NCBI GenBank assembly: GCA_040954595.2
Contig: CM082576.2
Location: 8,807,129 to 8,871,128, forward strand
Direction of reading: 5' to 3'
From: Balanoglossus misakiensis
Lineage: Eukaryota > Animalia > Hemichordata
DNA: 64,000 nt
Shown one piece after another: positions 1 to 12,436 of this stretch; position 1 is the first letter of the stretch, and each line of letters begins with the position of its first letter. Position numbers and translations under genes: made by a program. Under the pieces are notes generated by a model. It saw nothing but the letters and a program-made list of their open reading frames with translations, was not told where the DNA came from and did not search any database.

Positions 1-748
1 AGATAAAGAGCGCCCTCAAAGGCAGAAGCAATTTTTTCACTCTTTTCGCCAATACAGTAATGGATCAGTGTTGGAGATATAAATTGCTGGGGATGCTTGA
101 AGAAATAACTAAAATAACAGCAATAAAATTGATCTAATATTTCCATGGTGACATAATGACACCCCATGAATAAAAGTAATGCATGATAAATGGAGATTTC
201 CTATCATGTTTGTCCATGTTGCTGATCAGGACAGATGAAGACAGTTCTGTGTTTTCTCCAAAAAAGATCACGGAATGTGCTTAATGTGGAATGATATAGT
301 ACATCGCTGAATGAATCAGCTGTATCGACTTGAGAAAAAGGAATGTCTTCAATGTGACCTGATTTATCAAGTTACCAAGTGAATCAGGTATAACTTTAAT
401 AAGATATGAATCTTGGTGTGCTGATGGTTCATTAAAGTAAGAGTATCCTACAGTTCATCTGCTGCGCAGGATCTGTGGAATAGCATGATCTGGCAGGCCA
501 CAACTGCTTGTCAAATACTGAGAGGGGGATGTATGGCATCCCCTTAAATTGTGGGGGGGGGGGTTACAATCCTCCTTTCAGTAACATTATGGGTGAAACA
601 GTTAGGAATAGATTGGAAATATCTTTAAAACCCCAAAATAGTATGCCAGTGTGGCATACTACTTCTGGAGTGATAAAATATTGTGACCTGTGCAACATTC
701 ACACAAACCACAAGTATTACTATTAAAGTCTTGTGGTGATAAACTTAC

Positions 749-2078
749 CTAGTCTGTTGCTATTGGCAAGAAAATTTTTCAGTAGAGTAAACTGGGCTAT
801 GCTCTTTGGCAAGACTTGTAATTTGTTGTCAGAGAGATCGAGAGTTCTCAGGTTTTTAGTGAGTCTCATTAATTCTGGAGGTACCTGTAACAGAATGAGA
901 AACAATTCTCATTGGAAATGGACCACATCATAAATGTACCAATTATCTACAATATATTATGAGCGCGATGTTGGAATTGAACACTTTATGGACTTGAATC
1001 CACATCAGTATTATGAGGTTAACCACAGAAAAGATTTGAGTATGCTGCATGGTCTATGTGGTGTAATACATCAGATTGATTTAATCGTTTGTTTTCCGTA
1101 TCAACTTAAGCTTCTTGATTTACTCCTTGAAGGAGCACTTCTTTTGGTATAGATGCAATGACTGTAGCGGGTGCTACTAGGTTGCTGTCAACCCGCTACA
1201 ATAATTGCAGCTATACTTTGGGTTCTCTTTTATAGAGTATATCTACTTTGTGTAAATGTAGGTCAAAGAAACTGTAGTGTAGAACAAAATACATCGAGAC
1301 CATACATCGTCCCAAATTCAGTGTGACAGCCCATCATTTTAATTCAAGCCAACAGATAATATTGATCGTGCATAAAACATTATCTCGCCCATTAAAATAT
1401 TTCGCGATAAAAAATAGACCCACAGTGACACACGTCAGTAGCACTTGAGAACCTTGTGTGGTATTTTTTTTTTCATGGAATGATATAACTTGTCAATAAA
1501 TCTTCTTTTTGCTTCATAAACGTCCAGCTTGGTGTCTTGAGAGCAATTAATTTGAGAGAAGAGATGAGGACTCTTTAATGACTTTATTTGCATTTGAATA
1601 GTGAACTTACCTTTTGACGATGAACCCCCCTAGCTGGACGACAAAATGATCTAAACGTATCATGAACGTTTATTTTGTTGGCACCATTCATTAATTTACT
1701 TTTTGAAGCATATATAAATGCAATATATTTCGATTGTAATATGAGTGCATTTCGAGTGTATTAAAGTAATTTTCGTCGTACGAGGTCTCCTTCACTCCAT
1801 TAATTATGACCAGGTTCCGTGACGTCGTCTGCCCGGATATTATACTAACAGGGACGCGGATTTCGCATACTAGTATCCTGTCCAATTTTGGAAGCATAAC
1901 ATGACTTATCGAGTCTGGCAGGAAAAAATTTAAACACTCTGAAACACGAGGTAACGATCATTATAATCTATGACGACAAGTACAAGAAATTCCCTACCTC
2001 GGTGAGGCCGTTCCCACCCAGTTGACACACACCGGTCTTTTCTGCCCTCTCTATATGTGGTTTTATGGAGTTTCCCAT
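749..2078 (-). CDS. LRRC57: Leucine-rich repeat-containing protein 57, 5' part (coding exons 2078-1998 and 884-749; the rest lies left of the window)
   Basis: Exon 1 MGNSIKPHIERAEKTGVCQLGGNGLTE|gtaggg; exon 2 ttacag|VPPELMRLTKNLRTLDLSDNKLQVLPKSIAQFTLLKNFLANSNRL-G|gtaagt. This matches the recalled human LRRC57 N-terminus ([21 protein letters not shown]...NLRTIDLSNNK...FTLLK). MGxS is a myristoylation-type start, and the phases are consistent. Confidence 0.9.
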
Positions 2079-2391
2079 GTTTGAAGTTCTCACCGATATT
2101 CTTGATATAAGAAACCGCTAAGATTCCTAAAATTCCATTCGAAACACGACAGTGTTGTTATTTTCGTACTATGTACACATCCACCCTGAACACATCCTAT
2201 GTTTACATGGTTTACTTCCGGATTCTTGGTTTGACCTCACTTGCGCAGACTCAGTCGGGGTTTTTCCCAACATTCCTAGCGTCTGCTGACTGAGAAGAGT
2301 TCAAAGGTCGAGAAGTTAGAGTAAATTTGCTGTAAAGATGGGGGACAACTGAAAATCGTGTATGTCAGTGACATATAAAGTTTGGAAGGGA
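2079..2391. promoter_or_regulatory. Probable bidirectional promoter between LRRC57 and NTPCR
   Basis: The two start codons diverge with only 313 bp between them. ETS/GABP-type ACTTCCGG at 2214-2221 and a TGCGCA core at 2242-2247. Confidence 0.6.
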
Positions 2392-4790
2392 ATGGCAACT
2401 TCCGTGGGTTCCATAAGACATGTCATATTAACAGGATCGCCAGGTATAACCACTTTGTACGTAACTAAACTTACAAATCGAAATGTACCCCCCCCCTCCT
2501 TCATCCATATGCATGGTGAAGGGGGGGGGGGGGGGGTTAGTTTGTTGTATTATATGGCTGTACATGTATATAATGGAAAGTACAGTATTTGGCCCAGCTC
2601 TGTGTTGCACATGGGCTGTGTGTTGTTTATGCATGTAGCTAGGCTAACAATCATATAAAATATCTAAGTTTCAGTAATGTGAGGCATTCAACATTTATTG
2701 CCAATGACGGCAGTTACTGAAAATACCATTAAATAATATTCAAGATGAGTAGATAAACCTAAAAGGCCTCAGATTACCTGAAACAGAGCTCTCTCTAGAG
2801 CTTTATAAATACTAGTTGTGTTTTTGTCATTTAGGAATTGGTAAGACTACACTCATTAGGAAAACTGTTGAAGAACTTCAGGGAGATGGCATTGCTATAC
2901 AGGGATTTTATACCGAGGAAGTCCGAGGTGGGCACGGCAAAAGAATCGGATTTGATGTGGTAACCCTAGATGGACGGCAAGGAACGCTGGCCAGGGTCAG
3001 GTATAAACACGAGTTTCTTGTTGGACCAAGGGATGGTTGACCTTTTCTCTTGTATAAATCACTTGTTGGTGTTGAGCAGACCAGAAGAAGCTGTGGTTGA
3101 AATACCGAACGTAGTGCATTTTATTACAGTGCTCAATGTCTTTTAACAGACACAAATATAGGCACCGCCATTGTTACATTCTTGCAGTTGACAGACTACT
3201 GTCTATCATCAAACGTTGTGTTGTCAGCGCATGTGTATTTCTATAATCTTGGATATATACAGACTAAAGCAGGTTAAATGAAAATATCTTGGCGATGACA
3301 TCACAAAGTCATCTTGGATATAATTTTAGAATTCATGCTGTCCTGTAACTTTAATTTCAATTACCCAAATACCAGGTATGTCACAGACAGTAAATTAAAC
3401 TTCCTGTGGTATCCCACACCCAAAGCATACATGTAGAAAACTTGCATTCCTTTCCATCACAAATTTCCCTGCCAAACTTGGTAATGATAATCAGAATATT
3501 CAATTGTAGGCATGGAGACTTTACTTGTAGACTTCAGGAAGCTTAAAACATAAACATGCCACTTCAAAACAGCATTAAATTTAACCTGATGAGTATGGTG
3601 AAATAACTTGTGGAATCAGAGTGTGGGGGTCTTATAGGTAGACCAATTGTGATCAATTTACAGAGAGCTCGGTGTGTGTGCACATTCTTGGAATTGTGGA
3701 AAAGCTAAACTTAACATCAAGTATTCCGGCGTGATGCCACAAAATGATAAAAATGCTACCCCCAGCACTTGCCTAATCCCAGAGTTTAATATTTACAAAC
3801 CAGCCAGAGGGTAACGCCGCTAATCTGGTATGTACGTCGATGTAATGAAAACTGGCCAATTGTTTTTTACCAGATGTTCCAATTTTCACTTGCTTATTTT
3901 TTTATTCATTATTTGGCAGCTCAGATGGAAGCGACCGTGGCAGTGGTAGGCGTGACTACAGGGTTGGCCAGTATTCAGTGAATCTCCAGTCTTTTGAAGA
4001 CGTTGCTTTACCTGTGCTGCGTTCCAAGGTAAATTTACCCAATACGATCACTCACTGTCTGTGTGTGTGTCGGCAGATGTGGAGTTCATGTTGCATTGTT
4101 GGTGATCGTTACGTTTATTTTAAGAAACATCTCATCAATAAAAGTAACTATCTGCTTTCATGGTTCACCCCATTTAAAGCATTCAATTGAATCGAAGTCT
4201 CACTCTGAACGAAACTCATGCAACAGGCATGCAGTCTTATATTTGGAATGTCCGCAGTAAGATTTCATGTTTTACCTCAAGAGGGCGCTGTTGACAAGAA
4301 ATGTCTTCACACATTTTCTCTCTCATCTTTCTGCTGTCTATTAAATGAAGAGTTCAGATGGCAAGTCCCCAGTCTATGTCATCGATGAGATTGGAAAGAT
4401 GGAGTTGTTCAGTGAGACTTTCAAAGCCGAAGTGAAGTCTTTACTAAACAAATCTGGCAACACCGTTCTCGCAACGATTCCTGTACCCAAGAACAGACCA
4501 CTGCAATATGTGGAGGAAATACGCAATAGAAAAGATGTCAAACTGTTCACTGTGAGTTTTGATTTACACAAGATGGCATAATTACTTCCAATGAATTATA
4601 TGCAATGATTCAGATTGTGTTAACGTTTTTATAAAATGAGTCTTATAATCTTTTACTGATTTGATATTTTTAATGCAGCACTTCTGACTTCAGTTTTGTG
4701 CACATCTTCTATTTGGTTCAGGTATCGCGAGAAAACAGGGGAAGTCTTCTACCAGATATCGTTGCAGCTGTGAAACAAGCCATCAGCTGA
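2392..4790 (+). CDS. NTPCR: Cancer-related nucleoside-triphosphatase (NTPase_1/THEP1 family), 198 aa; exons 2392-2443, 2835-3000, 3920-4028, 4351-4551, 4722-4790
   Basis: The spliced product has Walker A HVILTGSPG-IGKTTL, GFYTEEVR..GKRIGFDVVTL, YRVGQYSVNL, Walker B VIDEIGKMELFS and IRNRKDVKLF. All introns are GT-AG and the phases sum to 597 nt ending in TGA. AATAAA at about 5268. Confidence 0.95.
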
Positions 4791-7374
4791 AGCTTCACCA
4801 TGATTGGCACTGCTGAAGAAAGGACTAATTTGCCTATCATATCACGTGATGCAAAATCAACCAATGGCGGCTGGATTATCCGGGGTGCAGTACATGAAGA
4901 CACTTGTAGACTGAATAGAGACAGTGTGAAAATAGAAATTATGTCGCAGTTAGCTGCCGTTTTGGTCGAACAAATTTCATTGACCGATCTTTTGAAACTG
5001 CCTTGTGACAAGGCCGTGTTTTATTCTTGCCAGAGGTCTTCGAGTCGACCTATGGCCTTACAGAGACCTGAAACACAGAGTCGAGACTAAACCCACTACT
5101 GCCCCCACAATCAACTCTGCATGCCAGTGTCGTTTTTACACTAAAACTTTATTCCCTGCAATAATTCAAAAGAAAACATTTTCTTTTTCCTCACTTATTT
5201 GAAAATCACAACTCTGTCTAAGAAACACCGTGGTTCTGAAATGTCATCAAAATAATTTATTCTATCAAAATAAAGTTTACACTCTTTCAGGTACTTTCCA
5301 ACCGTAATAGAATGGTGTGGAGTCGAGTAGACCTTAGGGAAGTCTTGCAGTGGGAAAGCAGACGCAACGGACAAAGTCAAAAACTGTTGACATTATTTTG
5401 GTGGTTTTGATTTCTTTTGACAGGTTATTTATGTTGTTCTACTCACTGAAACATGCCTCTTGTGTTGTAGCTCAATTCACAACACACATGTGAATATTAC
5501 ACATGAATGCTTCCATCATTTAATTTTTAGTCAGTACCAAAAATTGCATTGTGGATGTGTTTCCAAGTTATACCCATGTACAGGGTGCGAGATGGAGTTG
5601 TCACAACTGGTCATGTAGCATATTTCAGTGAGCAGAACAACTTAATTAGCCATCAAAAGAAACAGAAAAAAAAGTCAAAAGTTACCAACTTTGTCCCTTT
5701 AAGACAAGTGTGGCTTACTATTTGTGCGTATTGACCGGGTACAGTCTGATGTGGAATGGTTACAATTGTTGAATACACTTCATGTAATTTCCAAGGACCT
5801 GCTGAAATCAGAGACGCTCGGCAATATTTGAGATGTGCTTACTTGCCAAAGAAAGAAACAGTTTACACAGCATTTTGATGGTTTACATTTTACAATATTT
5901 CCAAAAAGGCAGCAAAAGAAGTTGTCTAAATACACAACACAGACGATACTCACCACTTCATGCATGCTGGGAATATACAGGCTATTTACTGGCAACCTCT
6001 ATAACTTAACATAGACCCAGGAGGGGAGATACAAAACCAGGAGAAAAAGTAAAAGTATTACAGCATTTTCTTTTTAAACCCCACAATTCTACACCTGGGA
6101 CACTTAAAACCATGGCGACGCACTACCTGTACTTTGAATATTATTCTGTACCAGGTGTGTTTGTTAACCTTTGACATGACCGGAATTTCTCAAAAAAATC
6201 CCATCTTTTTTCCCTTCAAATGGACAGAACATGGATATACCACTTTGGTAATGTGCATAGGACGGCTTTTAGTTTGGTGTGTGCCAACACTGGTTAGTCT
6301 TAAGCACATTGAAATTTTGGGAAAAAGTGAAACCGTTCAGAGATATTGTACTTAGTTCTTCAGTTTAACACACACCCTGCCATGTGATAGTACAAGTCAT
6401 CCAGTATGAGACTTGCTTGTTGCATATCTTGCTACTAAAAAAAATGTAAATATTGACGGGTTTGGCTATGGTTTACAAAGTCACAACATTGACAACACTC
6501 GTAATAAATCAGTCCCTCTCAAGTCATCAAATGAATGACCTTTTGTCTTAGATTCCATGGAATATTTCTCTTATGATTGTACTAGAGCTGTTGGAATACA
6601 ATATTTGATTTTACCATTAAAAATGTGGCATGTTGTCAAAATTAATGTTTAAACAGAATAAAACCCATACCAGGTCATGTGATGGACTCCATTCTGATTG
6701 TGGAAGCATGTCCAGATTGATGCGGAGATAGTGTGAATTTTTCTAATCGTCAAATGTAAACATCTTCACAGTGGGAGTCGATTTAGCTTGTATCCCCCCA
6801 AGTCAAACTTTTTCTTTTAATCCATTCTTGTTAAATTTCCTTTCTTTAAAATGTTTGAAAAATCTTTAAAATGTCAACACCTTGGAAAATGAAATCATTT
6901 TTTTACAAACATTACTAAACACACAGACCCCCTCCTCTCTCCTATTTTTTAAACCTCTATCTGCATGGAAGACTGCAACATATTCAAGATTTTTGTGTGT
7001 GGGCCTCTTGCGTCGAGGGCAGCTTAAAAGTAAGGAAATGTAAATCATGAATTTATAGCTGAAACGTTATAAAAAAATGAAAACTCAAAACACCGAAAAA
7101 AGAAAAAAAATTGGAAAATCTTTTCACTGTACTAAAAGTCACTGTAAAGCTCTCGGAGAGTTAAGCTGCATTCAATGTGTACAGAAACGGGGACAGCCAC
7201 ACTTTTTTATAGCATCAGCACACGCGGGCCGATCTAACCAGATATTGTAAATAGCGTGGTGGTGGTGGTGGGGTTTTGCATGGGTGAGAGAGACTTCCAA
7301 AAACAATCTTGTTCTCTTTCCCTGATTGACTCTTGGCTCACGGATAAGTACAACTGGCGTGTGTGCGAGGCTCA

Positions 7375-10300
7375 TCACATGAAGCCGAATAGAGAGCTTG
7401 CATAGGCCATGGGTTTCACATTGGGATGTGGCTGAAAAGAAAAGAAAAACAGGTGGGTGTCATTATCGCTTGGGTTTCAATACTCTGTACTCTAAAGCCT
7501 GATCGAGGTAACCTCAGAAATGCATGATTATTTCGTTACTTACCACAGCTTCGTAGGTTTTGAAGTTTGGCTTCAAATCTGCGCCCATGTTGATAAAGGC
7601 ACCCTTATTACCCATCTGGTCGCTGAAAAGTAAAAAAATATGGTTGTATTTATGATCATGACGTTTACGGTCAAAACGATAACGTTTTATAAGAGTGTAA
7701 CCTTTGTTCTGAAAAAGAAGCGACAATGACAAACTTACCAGTAATTTGGTGCTGAGAATACTGTTATGCATTTGCCGTTGTGGCCGACTTCGTACCCGTC
7801 CGACTTGACCTCGTGGCTCCTGATGATGTAATCCAGATTGTTGTGTGCCAAGAACTTGGCGGTGACGTCAGGTCCGAACATGACACCAACACCTCTCTTG
7901 CTGGGAGCCCTGCCGTACTGCGGTTGCGGATCAGACCACAGAATCTCGCACATTATCCCTGTGTGAAGGTAGATAGCAGCCAAGATTACTGAGATGTAGC
8001 TGATCATCTTTGATGGTATATGCAGTTTGTGTGACCTGGTTACAGACTTGTAGTGCTGTGGACTTTGACTGCAAAGTCAAACATTTTTTTGATCGGGGGA
8101 GAGTTGAATTCTCAACTACAGCTATTAACAAAGTTGTGGAGCCTCTGTGGTATTATGTCTGAAGTGTGTGATCACACAAATGATCAGAATGTACCAGAAG
8201 GACCAGAATGAACCCTGACAAAAACAGATTGGGAGTCAAACTGCGAGTGAACCAATGGACTGTTCCATTCATCATACCTGAATCTGGTGGCTGCCTATTT
8301 CTGTCTATCTTCCTGATTTCATCCAACGTGACGTCATCACGACTGAACAGTCCACCATGCATTACCTGTAATCAAGGACAAGATCAAGAGTCTAAGCAAC
8401 AACACATCAGCTACTCCCCCCCCCCCACCCAACAAAGTACGCAGCACACAGCAAGTCAAATTGGCATTTACTACAGCAACTTTTCTACTTACAAGTACTT
8501 TGCTATTTATACAATGCGCCAGTGGTAACCAGTTGTACACCTCTGTAAAAAGTTCCCCCATCTGCGAGGTGTACTTGGCCTTGACCTCACCGAAGAAACC
8601 ATACATCTGATTCATATTTTCACTTTCATGGTTTCCTGAGAGAAAAGAAGAAAATACACAAGTGAGTAGACGCCAGAAGAACAAACAAACTAAAAAACTA
8701 TAGAAAAAATTGGCAATGTCGTTTTCCCAATTCAACTGTCCACAGTGTATCTAATGCAGAAAGTTTTGTGATCAAAATTCACATAAAGGCTAAACTTACC
8801 CCTTGACATGTGGAAATGGTTCGGATATAGAAGTTTGAATGAAAAGAGAGTAAGTATGCACTCTGTAGAAAAAGAACCCCTATCTACAAAGTCCCCATTA
8901 AACAGCTGAGGCAGACAGTTAAGGAAGACATTGGGATATGCTACTGAATTCTTCAGTGGTAAATGTCACTGGTAGAAACATAAGAAAGTTCTGGTTTCTG
9001 TGATTGGAGAATGGCTGCTCCACCTGATCCCCAAAGGTCCTATCAGGGAGAGGCACACATCTCGTCATGTGCATTGCATGGCTGTTGCTGATTGGTCCAA
9101 AGTACCTGCACTCATTTCCATAATGGTGTGATGTGATATTGTAGATACAACAGCACACTGGAGCTATGAAAAATAAAGGATACGTATGGATTTTCTTCCG
9201 ATGGCAAGCCATTTATCTCAAATATGTTCAGAAGGTCGTAGTATTGTCCGTGAATATCACCACACACTGTAAACTTGCCGTTTTCTGGTACTGAGATATC
9301 ACCTAGCGAAGGGCATTTCATGAAGAGTTCTCTTATTTGCACTAAAATCTGAAACATGGATGGACAGAGAAAACAATTACAAGCAATGCAAAAAGGAGAC
9401 ATCTCAGGCCTCTTATGGGAAAAAACAATCTGCTTTCTGAACTGTACTTGACTGTACTTGTACCCTTTGGCAAGTACATGTACACCTACCATATAAGCAT
9501 ATTTCCTATGTAATTTCTTTTCATCTTTAAAAGTCTGCATCATATCTTTCATAAATTCCAACGTGACTTTCCCATTTTCTATCTTTGGTCCGTCATAGTC
9601 CCCTTCTATTGCTGAAATCAAATCCACAGGTGACACAGTTAGATAGAAATTCTTGTAGAGCAGATTACTGGAGGAAACACCTATGTTGTAAATGGGTTCA
9701 GTGCGTTCAAAGCTTTGTGAAGTTGTGTGTTCCGGTGTGCTTTGTATTTGGCAAAATTCTATTTATTTTCCCAAGGTGAAAATTCCCTCGGTAATTCAAT
9801 CATATCACGAATATTTAAAGATGTATCAACTTGGCTATACTTACCCATATTTTCTATATCTAGTGTTTCCACTATTGATTTCTTGTTATCGTCTACAGAT
9901 ATTGCTCGTTCAAACGCCTGTCTCTTCACGATTTTGTTACATTCGGTGTATTTAGCCTTAGCATCTTTGTCATTGGGCCTGGCTTTTTTTACCTGCAGAT
10001 GAAGTCACGAGTCAGCAAGGACCAGTGGTATACAGCCCCCTCGATGGCAGCAAATAAATACATGTACTGGATATGAGCAAGAGATAACACTTACAGTTTC
10101 ATAGTCCTTCAGTGCAAGTTTGTATTTACCAAGTGCCATGTTGGAAGTGGCTCGTCTGTAGTAGCCCTGTGAGAAGACAATCACACATTTTTTTTAAATT
10201 CTGAAACAGAATACTGGACAGAACATCACTAGGTTTTGGAGTAAATAAACAGATAAATTCATTAATTGGATGAACAGAATTATCACATATAACACATTAA

Positions 10301-11407
10301 CAAACGGAGGGCACAGTATTTTGAGAAGAATTATATAGTAAGACCAAAAGGTGAAATTTCACATTTTTTACTGACTTTTCTAATGCTGAAGTATGTCCTG
10401 CAAGTTCTGTCAAAAATTTGTGAAGAGAAAACAGAAAATATAAAGAGGATAAGCTAGAATGAGCATACCTTGACATATGATCTGTCTAATTCTAAAGCCT
10501 TGGAAGCATCCTCCAGAGCGTAGCCAAAACATTCCGTTTTGAGGTGGGCAAAACTTCGGTTTCCAAAATATGCCGCTACGGAGGGATTGAGTTCAATTGC
10601 TTTGGTGTAGTATGTAATGGCTTGTTGGTAATCTTGAGCTGAAATGGTAAAAGGGGGTTTCCATGGGGTCAAAAGTTGGTAGTTCACTGATTTTCAATCT
10701 ATAGACGGGGAAGTGGTACATGATAGGGCTGCAGACTCACAAGCAAAGCTGATATACATATATATGATTATCCATCTGCCCAAATGCATGTGACCTCTTT
10801 TACAGTGTCATGGAGGGGACTGGCAGTATAATAATCACTAGTTACTGTGTGCATAACTATTGTACTTTAGTAGTTACTAGTATATTAGACATTTTTTGTC
10901 AAATTGAAACATTAAACAAACACAGTTGTGTGGTTGTTTCACATTTGCAACACTTCATAGAAAACTGTTTTGAAATTGATCACTTGGAGACGGTGATCGT
11001 TTCTGATCTGGGGGGGGGGGGGGGCAGCTAGCAACTGAGCAAAGGTGCAGGTCTGAAAGAGAATATTTTTCCTACATGCACGCATGAGACTCAATCAAGC
11101 TTGCTATTCGGTGTCATGACCCCAGTCATACCCGTCATGTCCGACAGCATGCGGCTACGTGCGTTTACAATCATTTTACCGGTGTACATGAAGCATGGGC
11201 CTGAGGCTGAACTGTGAACACAGTTGTACACTGCCTGGCAAGTCACGGGGAAATGATCCCGCAAAGCAGATCATTACCTTTGAAAAACGTGTTCGCTTTT
11301 TCTTTCATTTCATCCGCTTGTGTCTTATCTTCTTCACTAATGACCAGATTTTGTACTCTACCGTTGATATTGTCATCCTTCCCGGATTCTTCCATGGTCG
11401 TCGCCAT
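7375..11407 (-). CDS. PPP5C: Serine/threonine protein phosphatase 5 (TPR + PPP catalytic domain), 499 aa; exons 11407-11278, 10638-10469, 10166-10095, 9992-9845, 9611-9490, 9348-9184, 8905-8800, 8635-8493, 8365-8278, 7958-7739, 7622-7544, 7431-7375
   Basis: TPRs ([38 protein letters not shown]); PPP motifs GDIHGQ, GDFVDRG, RGNHE, MHGGL, LWSDP, RSHE, SAPNYC; PP5 C-terminus [11 protein letters not shown]. The 12 exons total 1500 nt with consistent phases. Confidence 0.97.
8906..9183 (-). other. PPP5C: U12-type (minor spliceosome) GT-AG intron, PPP5C intron 6
   Basis: The 5' splice site reads GTATCCTTT. A branch sequence TTCCTTAAC lies about 12 nt before the CAG acceptor, with no real polypyrimidine tract. 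Both match the U12 consensus. Confidence 0.88.
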
Positions 11408-11530
11408 TTTGGGGTTGTTCAGTGTCAGTAGTCATGTGCATATCAGCGAGCGTGTTCAACAGCGCCCCTTCTGACAATGTCGTCTTTACATTTGTTTTTA
11501 ACTGGACACGCCCATCCGCGCTCGGGCGGG
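11408..11530 (-). promoter_or_regulatory. PPP5C proximal promoter/5'UTR
   Basis: A YY1-type CAAAATGGCG overlaps the ATG. A CpG-rich GC-box-like stretch lies at about 11509-11531. Confidence 0.4.
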
Positions 11531-12349
11531 CAAGTATAACTCCTTCAGATTACTAATTATTGAGCCCGAGCTTGTTTCATTTCATGTGCACCAAATTTTC
11601 ATAATCATAATGTGGAAATGTTGCACACAGATTGAGTGAATAATTTTTCTTGGGAACCTTCAAAGAGTAAATATCACCACTTTCTAGCTAGGATATTGAA
11701 AGGCTTCCTTGGAGCCAATCAAAGTTCATTCACGTACTTTCCAGGAAATTTCCAAGAGCGAGTGAACTTTGCTTGATTACGAAAAGGACGCTCACCTGGC
11801 AGAATGCCTACTGCTGGTAAAACACGTACTCTCTACAGTTAGTCATAAATAGACGAGAGAATTACGGCATAGCAACGTAAACGTTCCACCTAAGGTACAT
11901 GGGTGACCTTTGCCATGTACAGGAATAGAACATGGAACACAGTATATGAAAGCCTATAAGGTTACATATCTCTTATAAATTTGTCCATTATATGTAGGTT
12001 TCAAGTTTGAGAAAATGATTCTTTTAAACAAGTCCTAGTGATTAAAATATGCTTGAATAATGCAAAACTGTATCTGATTTGTGTAAAATTATATTTTGAA
12101 TGATTTTAAAATGGAAACTGGAGTATTCAAAGCCCATTAGTTGTTACTGTACTATTTACGTATTTTTATATCATTTTAAATCGAATGCAATTTCATATGT
12201 AGAAAAGGTTCATTTTATATGCAAATAAATGATGTTTGATGTCATTAAACAAAAGACCAGGATGTAAGGTCATCCAGGGTGCATGAAAGTAGCCTGTTGC
12301 ATTATTGGTAAAAAGTTGGACAGATATGCTGAAAATATTTGCAAGTCCA

Positions 12350-12436
12350 CACTCACACACACACACACTGCACAAAACAAATCACACACAAAACCACACG
12401 ACACAGCAGTACTATTTCCTGCACCAATTCTTTATT
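12350..12436 (-). terminator. Probable distal poly(A) site of the SNAP-25 gene (about 3.5-kb 3'UTR after the last terminal exon)
   Basis: AATAAA on the - strand at 12436-12431, followed by a GU-rich downstream element (the + strand CA-rich tract at 12350-12405). Confidence 0.55.

Noticed and set aside
2488-2536. Poly-C and poly-G runs as a special structure
   Set aside because: Similar G/C homopolymers are scattered throughout the window (for example 553, 11010, 22493, 28867, 44714), so they look like background for this genome.
4788-5090. NTPCR TGA as selenocysteine/readthrough, and ORF 4800-5090
   Set aside because: The stop falls where orthologues end, no SECIS-like structure was recognised, and the downstream ORF is unrecognisable 3'UTR sequence.
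7372-7377. PPP5C TGA-TGA as a recoding signal
   Set aside because: A tandem stop at the expected PP5 C-terminus, which argues against readthrough.
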